Assembly (NCBI GenBank): GCA_041665505.1
Contig: JBAYIR010000001.1
Coordinates: forward strand, 19,108 to 83,107
Direction of reading: 5' to 3'
DNA: 64,000 nucleotides
From: Patescibacteria group bacterium
Lineage (GTDB): Bacteria; Patescibacteriota; Patescibacteriia; UBA1558; GWA2-36-10
This document shows, one piece after another, positions 29,062-39,229 of this stretch. Position 1 is the stretch's first letter. Each line of letters starts with the position of its first letter. Below the pieces are notes generated by a model. The model did no database searches, was not told the DNA's origin, and saw only the letters and a list, made by a program, of their open reading frames with translations. The translations under genes were made by a program, and so were the position numbers.

Positions 29062-30156
29062 ATGATGAATTTTTTTGCCAAGTGGCAAAAAATAGACTGG
29101 CTTTTATTTTTTGCTGTAAGTATTTTACTGGTGCTAGGCATCAGTATTTTGTATAGTTTGAGTTTGAATACTGATGCTAGTAATTTTTTGATTTTTAAAA
29201 AACAGATATTTTTTGCTTTGTCTGGTCTGGCTCTTTTTTTCTTTTTTGCCAGCATCAATTATAATGTTTGGCTGACCTACGCCAAGCTTATTTTTATTTT
29301 ATTTACTATTATTTTGATAATAGTACTATTTTTTGGGCAAACTACTAAAGGTACTACTGGTTGGATAAGTTTAGGGTTTTTTAATGTGCAGCCAGTTGAG
29401 TTTGCTAAAATAGCTTTAATTATTGCCTTGGCTAGATATTTTTCTCACTATGCTGTTGAATTTTTTATGTTTAGGCACATTTTAAAATCAGGGCTACTGG
29501 CTTTATTTTTTGTTGCTTTAGTTATGCTACAACCAGATTTGGGATCGGCTTTGGTACTTTTAGGTACTTGGATTATAGTTTTGCTTTTTACTGGGATTAG
29601 TAAAAAACATTTTTGGTGGCTGACTGGGGGTTTTTTAGTGACAGTAGTTTTGGCTTGGTTTTTTGTTTTACAACCTTATCAACAATCTAGAATATTAACT
29701 TTTATAGACCCAGGACGTGATCCACAAGGAGACGGTTATAATGTAATTCAGTCTATGGTCGCGGTTGGTTCAGGACAGGTTTTTGGTCGTGGTTTAGCTT
29801 TGGGTTCGCAAAGTAGTTTGAGGTTTTTACCTGAGCCCGGTACAGATTTTATTTTTGCCGTCATTGCCGAAGACCTTGGTTTAGTAGGGGTAACTTTGGT
29901 TTTAGGCTTGTTTACCTTTATATTTTATAGATTGTTTTTGACTATGCGCAAAAGTCAAGATGATTTTGGCACTTACCTAATACTTGGTACGGCCGCTATG
30001 CTACTAGTGCAAACTTTCATAAATATTGGTATGAATATGGGCATTTCACCAGTCACTGGTATTCCATTGCCCTTAGTATCAGCTGGAGGTAGCTCCATGT
30101 GGGCTATTATGATTGCTTTGGGTATTTCACAAAGTGTACATATGAGGAGTAATTAG
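29062..30156 (+). CDS. SEDS-family peptidoglycan glycosyltransferase (FtsW/RodA)
   Basis: GDGYN..QS..A.GSG...G.GL.......LPE..TDFIF......LG..G. Confidence 0.85.
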   Translation: MMNFFAKWQKIDWLLFFAVSILLVLGISILYSLSLNTDASNFLIFKKQIFFALSGLALFFFFASINYNVWLTYAKLIFILFTIILIIVLFFGQTTKGTTGWISLGFFNVQPVEFAKIALIIALARYFSHYAVEFFMFRHILKSGLLALFFVALVMLQPDLGSALVLLGTWIIVLLFTGISKKHFWWLTGGFLVTVVLAWFFVLQPYQQSRILTFIDPGRDPQGDGYNVIQSMVAVGSGQVFGRGLALGSQSSLRFLPEPGTDFIFAVIAEDLGLVGVTLVLGLFTFIFYRLFLTMRKSQDDFGTYLILGTAAMLLVQTFINIGMNMGISPVTGIPLPLVSAGGSSMWAIMIALGISQSVHMRSN

Positions 30157-30279
30157 TATGCTTGACTTTATTGATATTTTATGATTAAATAGACGCATTG
30201 AATTTTTAATTTCACCTTTATTAAATCCTAGCAATAGGATTTTGTGGGGCAAAATATTTAACGGAGTTAATCTAAAAGT

Positions 30280-30948
30280 ATGGCAGAATTTATATTAGAG
30301 GCAAAAGAACGTCAAGTTGATAAGCAAAGTCAACTGACAGACATTAGAACCAGCAGCCGAGTACCTGGTATTATTTATGGTTTTTCTCAAGAACCAGTAT
30401 CAATAGAGGCAGACTATCAAAAGTTACTAAAAATATTAAAGGAAGCTGGCACTAGTAATATTGTGACTATCAAAGTGTCTGGTAAGGAAATCAGAGCTAT
30501 TGTCCGTGAATTTCAGCAAAATCCAGTTTCTGACCGGATTACTCATGTTGATTTTATGGCTATTGATGATAAAAAACCATTGATGACCAAAGTCCCTTTA
30601 GAATTTATTGGTATATCAAAATTGGTGCGTGAACAAGGTGCTCAGCTCAATAAAAAAATAAACACGGTTAATGTTAAATGTTTACCAGCTGACTTACCAA
30701 GTAAAATAGAAGTTGATATTAGTATCTTGACTGAGATTGGTCAAAAATTGTTGATCAGGGACTTAAAAAAGATTAATGAAAAAGTGCTTATCACCAATGA
30801 TCATAATGATCCAGTCGCTAATATTACTATGCCTAAATTAGCTCAGATGAAGGAAGGTGCGGTTGCCAAAACAGCTACTGAGGCTGAAACTCCAGCTGAG
30901 GCTGAAACTCCAGCTGAAGGCGCAAGCAAAGCAGAAGAAAAAAAATAA
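30280..30948 (+). CDS. rplY: 50S ribosomal protein L25/general stress protein Ctc
   Basis: L25 N-domain (R...G....R..G.IP.I.YG) and a Ctc-type C-domain. The acidic tail carries an EAETPA repeat. Confidence 0.8.
   Translation: MAEFILEAKERQVDKQSQLTDIRTSSRVPGIIYGFSQEPVSIEADYQKLLKILKEAGTSNIVTIKVSGKEIRAIVREFQQNPVSDRITHVDFMAIDDKKPLMTKVPLEFIGISKLVREQGAQLNKKINTVNVKCLPADLPSKIEVDISILTEIGQKLLIRDLKKINEKVLITNDHNDPVANITMPKLAQMKEGAVAKTATEAETPAEAETPAEGASKAEEKK
30880..30915 (+). repeat. Perfect 18-bp tandem duplication (gaggctgaaactccagct x2) inside the rplY 3' end
   Basis: Direct read. It encodes EAETPA-EAETPA. Confidence 0.8.
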
Positions 30949-30981
30949 TTTAATTTACGGGGTAAATATTTCAGGGTTTGA

Positions 30982-32001
30982 ATGATAAATCATAAGACCA
31001 GAATATATATCATAATAACTGTCATTTTTGTGGCAGTTATTTTGCTGGGAATTGGAATTTTTAATTTTATTTCTTACAACAAAAAAATAATACCACAAAA
31101 TATAAATAATAATATAAAAGAAGAGATTATTTATAGGCATATTCTTAATGGTTCGTCAGTAGAGGGCCCAGAGCAAAAATTTTTTGCTGTAGGTATTATG
31201 TTTGATAATGCTTATGATGCTAGACCGCAATACGGACTGGACAGGGCCGATATAGTGTATGAGGCTTTAGCCGAGGGTAATATTACTAGATTGTTGGGTA
31301 TTTTTGATAGCCGACAAAATATAGACAAAATTGGGCCAGTTAGATCAGCTCGGCCATATTTTATGGATTTTGCTAGTGAGTATGGCGGTGTTTATATGCA
31401 CGTTGGTGGCTCACCAGATGCTTTGTCAGAGGCTAGTAATTATAGTTTTTATAATATTGATCAGATTGGAGCTGGAGAAACGTATTTTTGGCGAGATAAT
31501 AATTTGGACTCGCCACATAATGTTTTTACTTCATCTTCAAATTGGCTAAGAGTAGGGGATATCAAAGAAATTAAAGATATTAATCCCAGTGTGACTTGGA
31601 ATTTTGTAGAGGCAATAGCTACTTCGACTGTTGATTTTTCCGTAGATTATAATGGTGTTTATAAAGTAGATTGGAAATACAATAATAAGTTATCTACTTA
31701 TCTTCGTTTTCAAGGTGGGGATAAATTTATTTATAATACTGGTGAGCAGGCTAGAGCAGACAATATTATTGTTTTGGTTATAAGTTCTAAGATTGTTGAT
31801 GACAAAGAGAGGAGAGAGATGAAAACTCAAATTGGAGGCCAGGTATTTATTTTTAATAAATTAGGTCAGCAGTCAGGTAATTGGGAAGTGGTAAATGGTC
31901 GGACTAGATTTTTTGATGCTGAAAAAAATGAGCTAAAACTAGTAGCTGGTCAGACTTGGGTGCAGATTATTCCTGATGAGTCGATGTTGCTTATTGAGTA
32001 A
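30982..32001 (+). CDS. DUF3048 (YerB-like) domain protein with an N-terminal TM anchor
   Basis: FAVGIMFDNAYDARPQYGLDRADIVYEALAEGNITRLLGIF....IGPVRSARPYF matches the DUF3048 core. Confidence 0.6.
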   Translation: MINHKTRIYIIITVIFVAVILLGIGIFNFISYNKKIIPQNINNNIKEEIIYRHILNGSSVEGPEQKFFAVGIMFDNAYDARPQYGLDRADIVYEALAEGNITRLLGIFDSRQNIDKIGPVRSARPYFMDFASEYGGVYMHVGGSPDALSEASNYSFYNIDQIGAGETYFWRDNNLDSPHNVFTSSSNWLRVGDIKEIKDINPSVTWNFVEAIATSTVDFSVDYNGVYKVDWKYNNKLSTYLRFQGGDKFIYNTGEQARADNIIVLVISSKIVDDKERREMKTQIGGQVFIFNKLGQQSGNWEVVNGRTRFFDAEKNELKLVAGQTWVQIIPDESMLLIE

Positions 32002-32851
32002 TTTTAGCTACTCTAATATTAGCAGCTAAATCTTTGATAAAAGTTATTTTAGCTTGAGGGAGATTATTTATAATCTCTTTTTTGATTGCTTCTTTTTGGC
32101 TAGGGTCAATTTCTAGTAAGACTAGATATTTTTTGTTTAGGTGCTTTGGCAACTGGCTTAAAAGTTTTTTATAATGATCTAAACCATCTAAACCAGAGAG
32201 CAAAGCAATCCGCGGTTCTTTTTTTATAGAAGGCTCTTTCATTTGTTGAGGATTAAGATAGGGGAGATTAGCTATGATGATATCAAATTTACCAGTAATA
32301 CTAGTTAGTAGATTTGATTTTATAAAAGTTATTTTCTGTTTTAAACCTAGTTTGCGGGCATTGGTTCTAGCTGTAGCTAAAGCGCCAATAGAAATATCGC
32401 TAGCAGTATAAGTAGCAGAGTGTTTATTATTTTTGGCTATAGCTAAAATCAAAGCACCAGAACCAGTGCCAATATCTAAGATGTTTTGCTTTCCGCCAGC
32501 TGGCGAATTAGTATTTTTTAAAACCTCTTCTACTATCAATTCACTATCTGGGCGAGGAATAAGAGTATGAGAGCTAACTATAAATTTTAGGCCAAAAAAT
32601 TCTTTATGGCCTTTGAGTTTAGCTAGCGACCAATTAGCTAATCTTTTATTCAAAAGTTTTTTGAAAGTCAGAATATTGGATCTATTGATTTGTTTATCAG
32701 GATTTTTGTATATATAGTTTATATTTTTATGCAAAGCCAAAGCCATGAGCTGATCTAGCTCATCTATTTTTAATTTACTTTGATATTTTAAGACTAGCTC
32801 TTTGATAGTAGGCTGGAAATTTTTTTTAACTCTGTTTTGGCTGGGTGACAT
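31991..32851 (-). CDS. prmC: Release factor glutamine N5-methyltransferase
   Basis: ILDIGTGSGALILAIA SAM motif and a NLPY (NPPY-type) motif. The gene lies immediately downstream of prfA. Confidence 0.8.
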   Translation of the reverse strand: MSPSQNRVKKNFQPTIKELVLKYQSKLKIDELDQLMALALHKNINYIYKNPDKQINRSNILTFKKLLNKRLANWSLAKLKGHKEFFGLKFIVSSHTLIPRPDSELIVEEVLKNTNSPAGGKQNILDIGTGSGALILAIAKNNKHSATYTASDISIGALATARTNARKLGLKQKITFIKSNLLTSITGKFDIIIANLPYLNPQQMKEPSIKKEPRIALLSGLDGLDHYKKLLSQLPKHLNKKYLVLLEIDPSQKEAIKKEIINNLPQAKITFIKDLAANIRVAKITQ

Positions 32852-33903
32852 TATTTTTTTGTTTTAGCTGCTTGCCACAGAGGTTTGATTATAGGCATTA
32901 GGTCACCACCAAGTATTTTGTCTAGATTGTGTAAGGATAATTTTATACGATGGTCGGTCATCCTGTCTTGGGGGAAATTATAAGTACGGATTTTTTCTGA
33001 TCTATCACCACTGCCAATTTGGCTTTTTCTATCAGCCGCATTTTTGGCATTTTTGGTTTCTTCCATTTGAGCTAAAATACGAGAGCGTAAAATAGACATA
33101 GCTTTTTCTTTGTTTTGGCCTTGTGATTTTTCATCTTGGCAAGATACCACAGTGTTGGTTGGTAAGTGAGTAATCCGAACAGCTGAGTAAGTAGTATTGA
33201 CTGACTGGCCACCATTGCCTGAGGCACAAAAAGTATCAATACGTAGATCTTTGGCTTCTATTTGTAAATCAATTTCTTCAGCTTCTGGCATGACAGCTAC
33301 CGAAGCGGCACTAGTGTGTACGCGACCAGCTTTTTCTGTTTCTGGCACGCGTTGGACACGATGGACCCCACTTTCATATTTAAAATATTTATAAGCATTA
33401 TCACCATCAACCGAAGCAATTATTTCTTTGAAGCCGCCAATCTCTGTGCGGTTAGAAGACATTATTTTCATTTTAAAATTCATGTTTTCAGCAAAACGTG
33501 AGTACATGCGAAAGAGTTGAGCAGCAAAAAGAGCTGATTCATCGCCACCAGTGCCAGCTCTGATTTCCAAGATTATATTTTTTTTGTCATTGGGATCTTC
33601 GGGGTTTATGAGCTCTTCAATTTTTTCTTCATTAGTGGTTATTCTTTGTTCCAAGACATTTATTTCTTCTTCGGTCATTACAATCATCTCATCATTAGTT
33701 TCTGCTTTAACAGATTCTTTTAAACTTTCCAAATCATGTGAATCCTTGTCTATACTTTCAGCCAATGCCAAAATTTCCTTGAGGCTGCTGTATTTTTTGC
33801 CAAGGCGAGACATTTTAGTAGCATCAGAAACAACATCTGATTTTTGCATAGCTGTTTCTAGCTCAGCTACTTGGTTTTTGTATTCTTCAATGTTTATTTT
33901 CAT
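32851..33903 (-). CDS. prfA: Peptide chain release factor 1
   Basis: GGQ motif ([21 protein letters not shown]) and a PxT-region. Confidence 0.9.
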   Translation of the reverse strand: MKINIEEYKNQVAELETAMQKSDVVSDATKMSRLGKKYSSLKEILALAESIDKDSHDLESLKESVKAETNDEMIVMTEEEINVLEQRITTNEEKIEELINPEDPNDKKNIILEIRAGTGGDESALFAAQLFRMYSRFAENMNFKMKIMSSNRTEIGGFKEIIASVDGDNAYKYFKYESGVHRVQRVPETEKAGRVHTSAASVAVMPEAEEIDLQIEAKDLRIDTFCASGNGGQSVNTTYSAVRITHLPTNTVVSCQDEKSQGQNKEKAMSILRSRILAQMEETKNAKNAADRKSQIGSGDRSEKIRTYNFPQDRMTDHRIKLSLHNLDKILGGDLMPIIKPLWQAAKTKK

Positions 33904-34026
33904 CTGTTTAGAAATTTATATTATTATTTTGTAGCATTATTCTATTATAACAAAAAAGCTCTGATAAATCTAAGAGAGCTTTTTATCCAAAGGTAGACCC
34001 CGCTCTATGGGGTCCATTTGGCTTAG

Positions 34027-34389
34027 TTATTTTTTTCTATCAGCGCTAGATTTGCTTTTGGCAGAAGGTTTTACTTGGCTGTTTTCTTTTATTTCAGCTT
34101 TGATTTTTTCTTTTTCCTTAGCAATTTTTCTTTCGCTGGCTTTAGCTTTTTTGACGGCTTTGCCTTTTCTAGTTTTAGCCACCTTTTCTTTTTGCTCAGC
34201 GATTTTTTTGAATCTATCTACACGACCAGCTGTATCTACTAATCTTTCTTTTCCAGTATAAAAAGGATGGCAGTTTGAGCAAATTTCTACATGGATTTCT
34301 TTGACAGTAGAACCTACTGTAAATGAATTGCCACAAGCGCAAACTACTTTAGCGTCAGCATGATAATTTGGATGGATATCTTTTTTCAT
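34027..34389 (-). CDS. rpmE: 50S ribosomal protein L31 with an ~50-aa Lys-rich C-terminal extension
   Basis: [10 protein letters not shown]...CACGNSF...[10 protein letters not shown] is the L31 core. It is followed by a KEK-rich tail. Confidence 0.85.
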   Translation of the reverse strand: MKKDIHPNYHADAKVVCACGNSFTVGSTVKEIHVEICSNCHPFYTGKERLVDTAGRVDRFKKIAEQKEKVAKTRKGKAVKKAKASERKIAKEKEKIKAEIKENSQVKPSAKSKSSADRKK

Positions 34390-34464
34390 ATGTTTTTTCT
34401 AATTTGGCATCTGGGATTTAATCCGAGATCAAAAATTAATACCCCAATAAAATAGCAGATTATC

Positions 34465-34518
34465 AAAAAAAAGTCAAGAATAAAGACAATACCCCGCCGC
34501 ACTTGATGCGCGGCGGGG
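34465..34518 (-). terminator. Rho-independent terminator ending the cassette D operon
   Basis: ccccgccgc-acttgat-gcgcggcgggg, with a T-run on the minus strand. Confidence 0.55.
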
Positions 34519-34551
34519 CTGAAATTTATCGTTGACCACATTGGTGGTGGT

Positions 34552-34821
34552 CTAGTCGATCCTGAAAACTTGTGCATATTCTTCGTTCGGTAGTATGGTC
34601 AACAATTCCATAGGAATCATGGAATCTATGGCCATGCCCTTCATACGAACAGGCACTTCCAGCTTGAAGCTGGTAACGAGGTTGTCCTTGCCCAGCCGCA
34701 TCTCAACTACCTGCGGTGGACCCAGCATAGTGCCTTCAGCACCAGCCGGCCAGGCCTTGAAGCTGACAGCCAGCCGTATCGGCTGGTGCCAGAATGGTTC
34801 TGTGATGGCTCGAACTAGCAT
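34552..34821 (-). CDS. Hypothetical 89-aa protein (cassette D, third gene)
   Basis: GAAAGGAAAG SD lies 5 nt upstream of ATG. GC-rich. No family recognised. Confidence 0.5.
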   Translation of the reverse strand: MLVRAITEPFWHQPIRLAVSFKAWPAGAEGTMLGPPQVVEMRLGKDNLVTSFKLEVPVRMKGMAIDSMIPMELLTILPNEEYAQVFRID

Positions 34822-34853
34822 CTTGGCTTTCCTTTCGTTTGCAGTGGCGGGGC

Positions 34854-35111
34854 TTAGTCATCAAAATCATCGTAGTACGGATTGACGAACATCAAGGGCC
34901 CCCCGAAAGAGGGGCACAGTTCGATCCGTTCGACCTTTATTCCCTGAAGCTGTTCCCACGGTGTTTGACGGGGCCGAGCCTCCTCCTGAGCCTCGAGTTC
35001 CTTCACGCGCCTCACGATGCATTGGCCCAAGATGTTTGCGATCTGCAATCGCATTGCATTCAGCTCATCAACTTCGGTTTCGGTAACATGTTTTGCTCCT
35101 TGATCCGGCAT
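34854..35111 (-). CDS. Hypothetical 85-aa acidic protein with a C-terminal YYDDFDD (cassette D, second gene)
   Basis: GGAAGGGG SD before the ATG. The start codon lies 24 nt after the upstream gene's stop. Confidence 0.5.
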   Translation of the reverse strand: MPDQGAKHVTETEVDELNAMRLQIANILGQCIVRRVKELEAQEEARPRQTPWEQLQGIKVERIELCPSFGGPLMFVNPYYDDFDD

Positions 35112-35136
35112 GTTTCACCCCTTCCGTTTTCGGCAA

Positions 35137-35562
35137 CTAGGCCGGGTCAAACAATTCGACTAGTCCCTCGATCGTGGCTACAAGAGTTTGGAGTCCAGCT
35201 AGAGTGAACATCAGGATTGCAGCCAGGAAACAGCCAAAGGGTAGAGCTAGACCAAACCAGCTCACGCCAATTAGCAGTTCCAGGACGGAGAAGGCGTCTT
35301 TGCTCTGGTCGAGCCTGGAGATAGCGAGAAAAGTCCCACCGGCAACTGACAGAAGTGGCCACCAGGAGTAGTCCAGAGTCATCATCCATCCGGACGTGCT
35401 TATCAGCACCACGGCGATGACTTGCCGGCGTTTGAACATGGGGTGTGAGAAACTGAGTCCCGCGATCATCAGGCTCAGACCCGCCACAACACTATTGTCG
35501 TGGAACATAGCCACAAACAGCATGGCAATGCCAGCTAGGACACTCAGTAGGGCGTTTTTCAT
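35137..35562 (-). CDS. Hypothetical 4-TM membrane protein (cassette D, first gene)
   Basis: GGAAGAAAGGGAAAG SD lies before the ATG (MKNALLSVLAG...). There are four hydrophobic helices. Confidence 0.55.
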   Translation of the reverse strand: MKNALLSVLAGIAMLFVAMFHDNSVVAGLSLMIAGLSFSHPMFKRRQVIAVVLISTSGWMMTLDYSWWPLLSVAGGTFLAISRLDQSKDAFSVLELLIGVSWFGLALPFGCFLAAILMFTLAGLQTLVATIEGLVELFDPA

Positions 35563-35902
35563 GGTCTTTCCCTTTCTTCCTTGGGGGATCACTGGCTTTA
35601 GCCAGACTTTGCTAGGCGTTTTTAGCACACAAGGCTCTATCTACTATGGGCTTTGACCCAATTTACAAATGAATTGTACAGTGACTTTAACAATTAAATA
35701 TAATCTGATTATCAGCCTTTTGTCAATTACTGGCTTAAAGGGCTTGATTTATTTAAATTTTTATGTTAAAGTATTGCTGCTTAATTAATCACAAGTATTT
35801 TCATTGATTATTTGATTAACCTTCCCCAAATAAAAAAAGGGGCATTCAAATAGGAAAATACGGGTAAGCCCGCTTGTAGCGAGGCTAAAGAAAGGAAAAA
35901 AT

Positions 35903-36583
35903 ATGAAATTACCAACACTAGAAGAGTTGTTGAAAAAGGGTGTTCATTTTGGTCACCAGACTTCAAAAAGATATCCAAAAGCCAATGCGTATATTCACAC
36001 CCAACGCAATGGCGTGCATATCATTGATTTGCAAAAAACTGTTAAAGCTTTGGAAGAAGCTTTAGCCTTTGTGGATAAAACTGTAAAAGCTGGCGGCCTT
36101 ATTTTATTTGTCGGATCAAAAAAACAAGCCAAGACTATTGTCAAAGAAGCAGCCGAGAGTTGTGGTATGCCTTATATAGTTGGTCGTTGGTTAGGTGGTA
36201 CTTTTACCAATTTTGAAAATATCGTCAAATTGACTAGAAAACTAGAAAGATTGGAAAGAGAAGAAGAAGATGGTACTTGGGAAATGTATACCAAAAAAGA
36301 GCAAGTTACTTTCAAAAAAGAACTTGATAAACTTATGGAAAACGTTGGCGGTATCAAAAATATGAAAAGTTTACCTAAAGCAATTTTTGTGGTGGATTTG
36401 AAAAAAGAAGGTACTGCTGTCTCAGAAGCCAATAAAATGGGCATCCCAGTTATTGCTTTGGCTGATACCAATGTCAATCCAGAGTTGGCTACTTATCCTA
36501 TCCCAGCCAATGATGATGCTATAAAATCTATTGAAGTAATTACTGATTTGATAGCTGACGCGGTTAGAGGCGCACGTAATTAA
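35903..36583 (+). CDS. rpsB: 30S ribosomal protein S2
   Basis: LL..GVHFGHQT.....KM..YI...RNG.HIIDL.KT. Confidence 0.9.
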   Translation: MKLPTLEELLKKGVHFGHQTSKRYPKANAYIHTQRNGVHIIDLQKTVKALEEALAFVDKTVKAGGLILFVGSKKQAKTIVKEAAESCGMPYIVGRWLGGTFTNFENIVKLTRKLERLEREEEDGTWEMYTKKEQVTFKKELDKLMENVGGIKNMKSLPKAIFVVDLKKEGTAVSEANKMGIPVIALADTNVNPELATYPIPANDDAIKSIEVITDLIADAVRGARN

Positions 36584-36605
36584 TTATATTTAAACTAAAA
36601 TAAAA

Positions 36606-37379
36606 ATGTCATTAGAATTGATAAAAGAAATAAGACAAATTACTGGTGGTGGTATTGTTGATGTCAAGCAAGCTTTAGATGAAGCCAGCGGTGATAGAGA
36701 AAAAGCCATTGAGATTTTGAGAAAAAAAGGCCAAAAAATTGCTGCCAAAAAATCAGCCAGAGAAGTAAAAGAAGGTGTGATTGCTTTTGAGCGTCAAGCT
36801 AATAAAGTAGCCATAGTTGCTTTAGCTTGTGAAACAGACTTTGTGGCTAAAAATCAAGATTTTCAAAAGGCTGTCCAAGAATTGGCTGCTAAGCTGCTAA
36901 TTGTCGGTAAAGAAGAATTTGAATCTTGGGCTACTAAATATATTCAAGATGAATTGATTGTTAAAATTGGTGAAAATTTACAATTAGCTAGCTTTGATAT
37001 TTTTAGTGGTGAAGTAGTTGGTACTTATCTACACTCCAATAAAAAAGTAGCCGCTGTGGTAGTGCTAAAAGGTGGCAGTGAAGACTTGGCCAAAGATATT
37101 GCTATGCACACTGCGGCTATGGCTCCTAAATATCTCAAGTCAGACGAAGTACCAAGTGCTGAACTAGAGAAAGAAAAAGAAATTTACGCTGAGCAATTAA
37201 AGCAAGAAGGCAAACCAGAAGAAATGCTAACCAAAATTTTGGAAGGCAAAGTCAAAAAATATTACAGTGAAGTTTGTCTTTTGCATCAGCTTTATATCAA
37301 AGATGATAAAAAATCTATTGAAAAACTTTTGGAAGAAAATAAAGCTAGTATAGAAAATTTTGGATATTACTCATTATAA
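36606..37379 (+). CDS. tsf: Elongation factor Ts
   Basis: N-terminal UBA-like (IKE.R..TG.G..D.K.AL.E..GD...A.E.LR.KG) and a dimerisation core. The gene follows rpsB. Confidence 0.85.
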   Translation: MSLELIKEIRQITGGGIVDVKQALDEASGDREKAIEILRKKGQKIAAKKSAREVKEGVIAFERQANKVAIVALACETDFVAKNQDFQKAVQELAAKLLIVGKEEFESWATKYIQDELIVKIGENLQLASFDIFSGEVVGTYLHSNKKVAAVVVLKGGSEDLAKDIAMHTAAMAPKYLKSDEVPSAELEKEKEIYAEQLKQEGKPEEMLTKILEGKVKKYYSEVCLLHQLYIKDDKKSIEKLLEENKASIENFGYYSL

Positions 37380-37393
37380 ATCAAAATAAATCA

Positions 37394-37417
37394 AAGCCCC
37401 CGTTTAGGGGGTTTTTG
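37394..37417 (+). terminator. Rho-independent terminator
   Basis: agccccc-gttta-gggggt followed by ttttg. Confidence 0.55.
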
Positions 37418-37486
37418 AAATCTTGCCAATCTGATGGCAATTTGACATAATAAAGGTAAGTTTTTAAGTAGCTAATTTATAAGTGA

Positions 37487-38224
37487 ATGAAAAATAAACG
37501 TATTGTTATAAAGCTCTCAGGAGAAGTATTTGAAATTGGTGACCGTCCTCTTGCTTCCACTCGGGATCTCCCGGAAGCTAATCTTGATTTTTCAGCCATT
37601 AAAAAGCTGGCTACTAGTTTGAAAAAATTAATCAAAGCGGGTTATCAAGTGGGCGTGGTAGTGGGAGCAGGCAATATTTTTAGGGCCCGAATGGTCAAAG
37701 GAGAGGAGATTGATAGAGTGGCGGCTGATCATATGGGTATGATGGCTACTTCTATCAATGCTTTAGCTTTGCAGTCAAGTTTAGAAAAGATTGGCCAAGA
37801 GGCTAGAGTATTATCTGCTTTTTCTATTCCAGCGGTGATGGAAGATTATGTCTATAAAAGAGCTATTAATCATTTGGAAAAGAAAAGAGTGGTTATTTTT
37901 GCTGGTGGGACTGGTAATCCTTATTTTACGACTGACACTACTTTGGTACTCAGAGCTTTAGAAGTGGGAGCTCAAGAGATATATAAGGCTAGTAATGTCT
38001 TGGGAGTTTATGATAGTAATCCAGATGCCAATCCCAAAGCCAAGTTGTATAAAACATTAAGCTATAGTGAAGCTTTGAAGAGAGATCTTAAAGTGATGGA
38101 TGCTACAGCTTTTGCCTTAGCTCGGGATAATAAAATAAATTTGACTGTTTTTAAATATAGCCCTGAGAACATCATCAAAGCAGTGCTACAAAATAATATT
38201 GGTACCAAAGTTAGTAATAGTTAG
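37487..38224 (+). CDS. pyrH: UMP kinase
   Basis: R...KLSGE and G.GN..RG... are amino-acid-kinase-family motifs. The gene follows tsf. Confidence 0.85.
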   Translation: MKNKRIVIKLSGEVFEIGDRPLASTRDLPEANLDFSAIKKLATSLKKLIKAGYQVGVVVGAGNIFRARMVKGEEIDRVAADHMGMMATSINALALQSSLEKIGQEARVLSAFSIPAVMEDYVYKRAINHLEKKRVVIFAGGTGNPYFTTDTTLVLRALEVGAQEIYKASNVLGVYDSNPDANPKAKLYKTLSYSEALKRDLKVMDATAFALARDNKINLTVFKYSPENIIKAVLQNNIGTKVSNS

Positions 38225-38260
38225 GTTTTAGGTTTTTATTTTTACTATAATTTTAAACAA

Positions 38261-39139
38261 ATGCAAGTTGTTAGAGTACAATTTCATAAATTAGATAAAG
38301 AATATTTTTTCTTACCAGAATTTAGTGCCGACCCAGACGCTGTAGTTGAAGTTGGCGATAGTGTAGTGGTTGCTACTTCTTTGGGTCAGGATGTGGGCAG
38401 AGTGACTGCTTGGGACAAGTGGCAAGCTCCAAAACTGGAAGTCAAAGATAGCGATGAAAAAAATAGTGCGGATATTGTCCAGGATAAAATCAGCGATATC
38501 AAGCCAATGCTCCGACCTCTTAGTGAAGATGATTTGGAAAAGCTGAGAGGACAAAAAAAAGAAATGGTAAAAATTTTTGTGGATTGCAAAAAATTGATAC
38601 AGAAGCACAATCTTAAGGCTATGAAATTGGTGGATATGGCTGAGTCTTTTGATAATCAAAGAATGACTTTTTATTTTATTGCCGATTCGCGAGTTGATTT
38701 TAGAGATTTGGTCAAAGATTTAGTCAAAAATTATCACAAAAAAATTCGTCTGCAACAAGTCGGTGTGCGTGACGCAGTCAAAGTAAATGGTGATTTGGGT
38801 CCTTGCGGAGTGCCTTTGTGTTGTAAGTCTTGGCTCAATACTATTGGTAGCGTCAGTCCAGACAGTATCAAAAATCAAGAACTGAGCCACCGGGGAGCTG
38901 ACAGATTGACCGGACCATGTGGACGCTTAAAATGCTGTCTGCGTTTTGAAGAAGAGGCTTATAAATATCAGCGTGATCATATGCCCAAAGAAGGGGATAT
39001 TATAAAAACTGGAGCTGGTCCAGCTAAAGTAGTAGCTGTTCATCCTATTAAAGCTACAGTGGAATTAAATATTGATGGTAATATAGTAGAATATCCTTAT
39101 TTAGAAGGCCGACTTTGTGAAATAAAAACAGCCGAGTAA
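38261..39139 (+). CDS. PSP1 C-terminal domain protein (YaaT/RicT-like)
   Basis: KIRLQQVGVRD...GPCGVPLCCKSWL...GPCGRLKCCLRFEE are paired CC motifs typical of PSP1/YaaT. Confidence 0.6.
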   Translation: MQVVRVQFHKLDKEYFFLPEFSADPDAVVEVGDSVVVATSLGQDVGRVTAWDKWQAPKLEVKDSDEKNSADIVQDKISDIKPMLRPLSEDDLEKLRGQKKEMVKIFVDCKKLIQKHNLKAMKLVDMAESFDNQRMTFYFIADSRVDFRDLVKDLVKNYHKKIRLQQVGVRDAVKVNGDLGPCGVPLCCKSWLNTIGSVSPDSIKNQELSHRGADRLTGPCGRLKCCLRFEEEAYKYQRDHMPKEGDIIKTGAGPAKVVAVHPIKATVELNIDGNIVEYPYLEGRLCEIKTAE

Positions 39140-39164
39140 ATTTATATAGCTATTAATAACTAAC

Positions 39165-39191
39165 AGCTCTTCGCTTGGAGCTGTTTTTTTG
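39165..39191 (+). terminator. Rho-independent terminator
   Basis: cagctc-ttcgcttg-gagctg followed by ttttttt. Confidence 0.55.
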
Positions 39192-39229
39192 CTATAATAC
39201 ATTTATATAATAAAAAATAAATAAAAATT

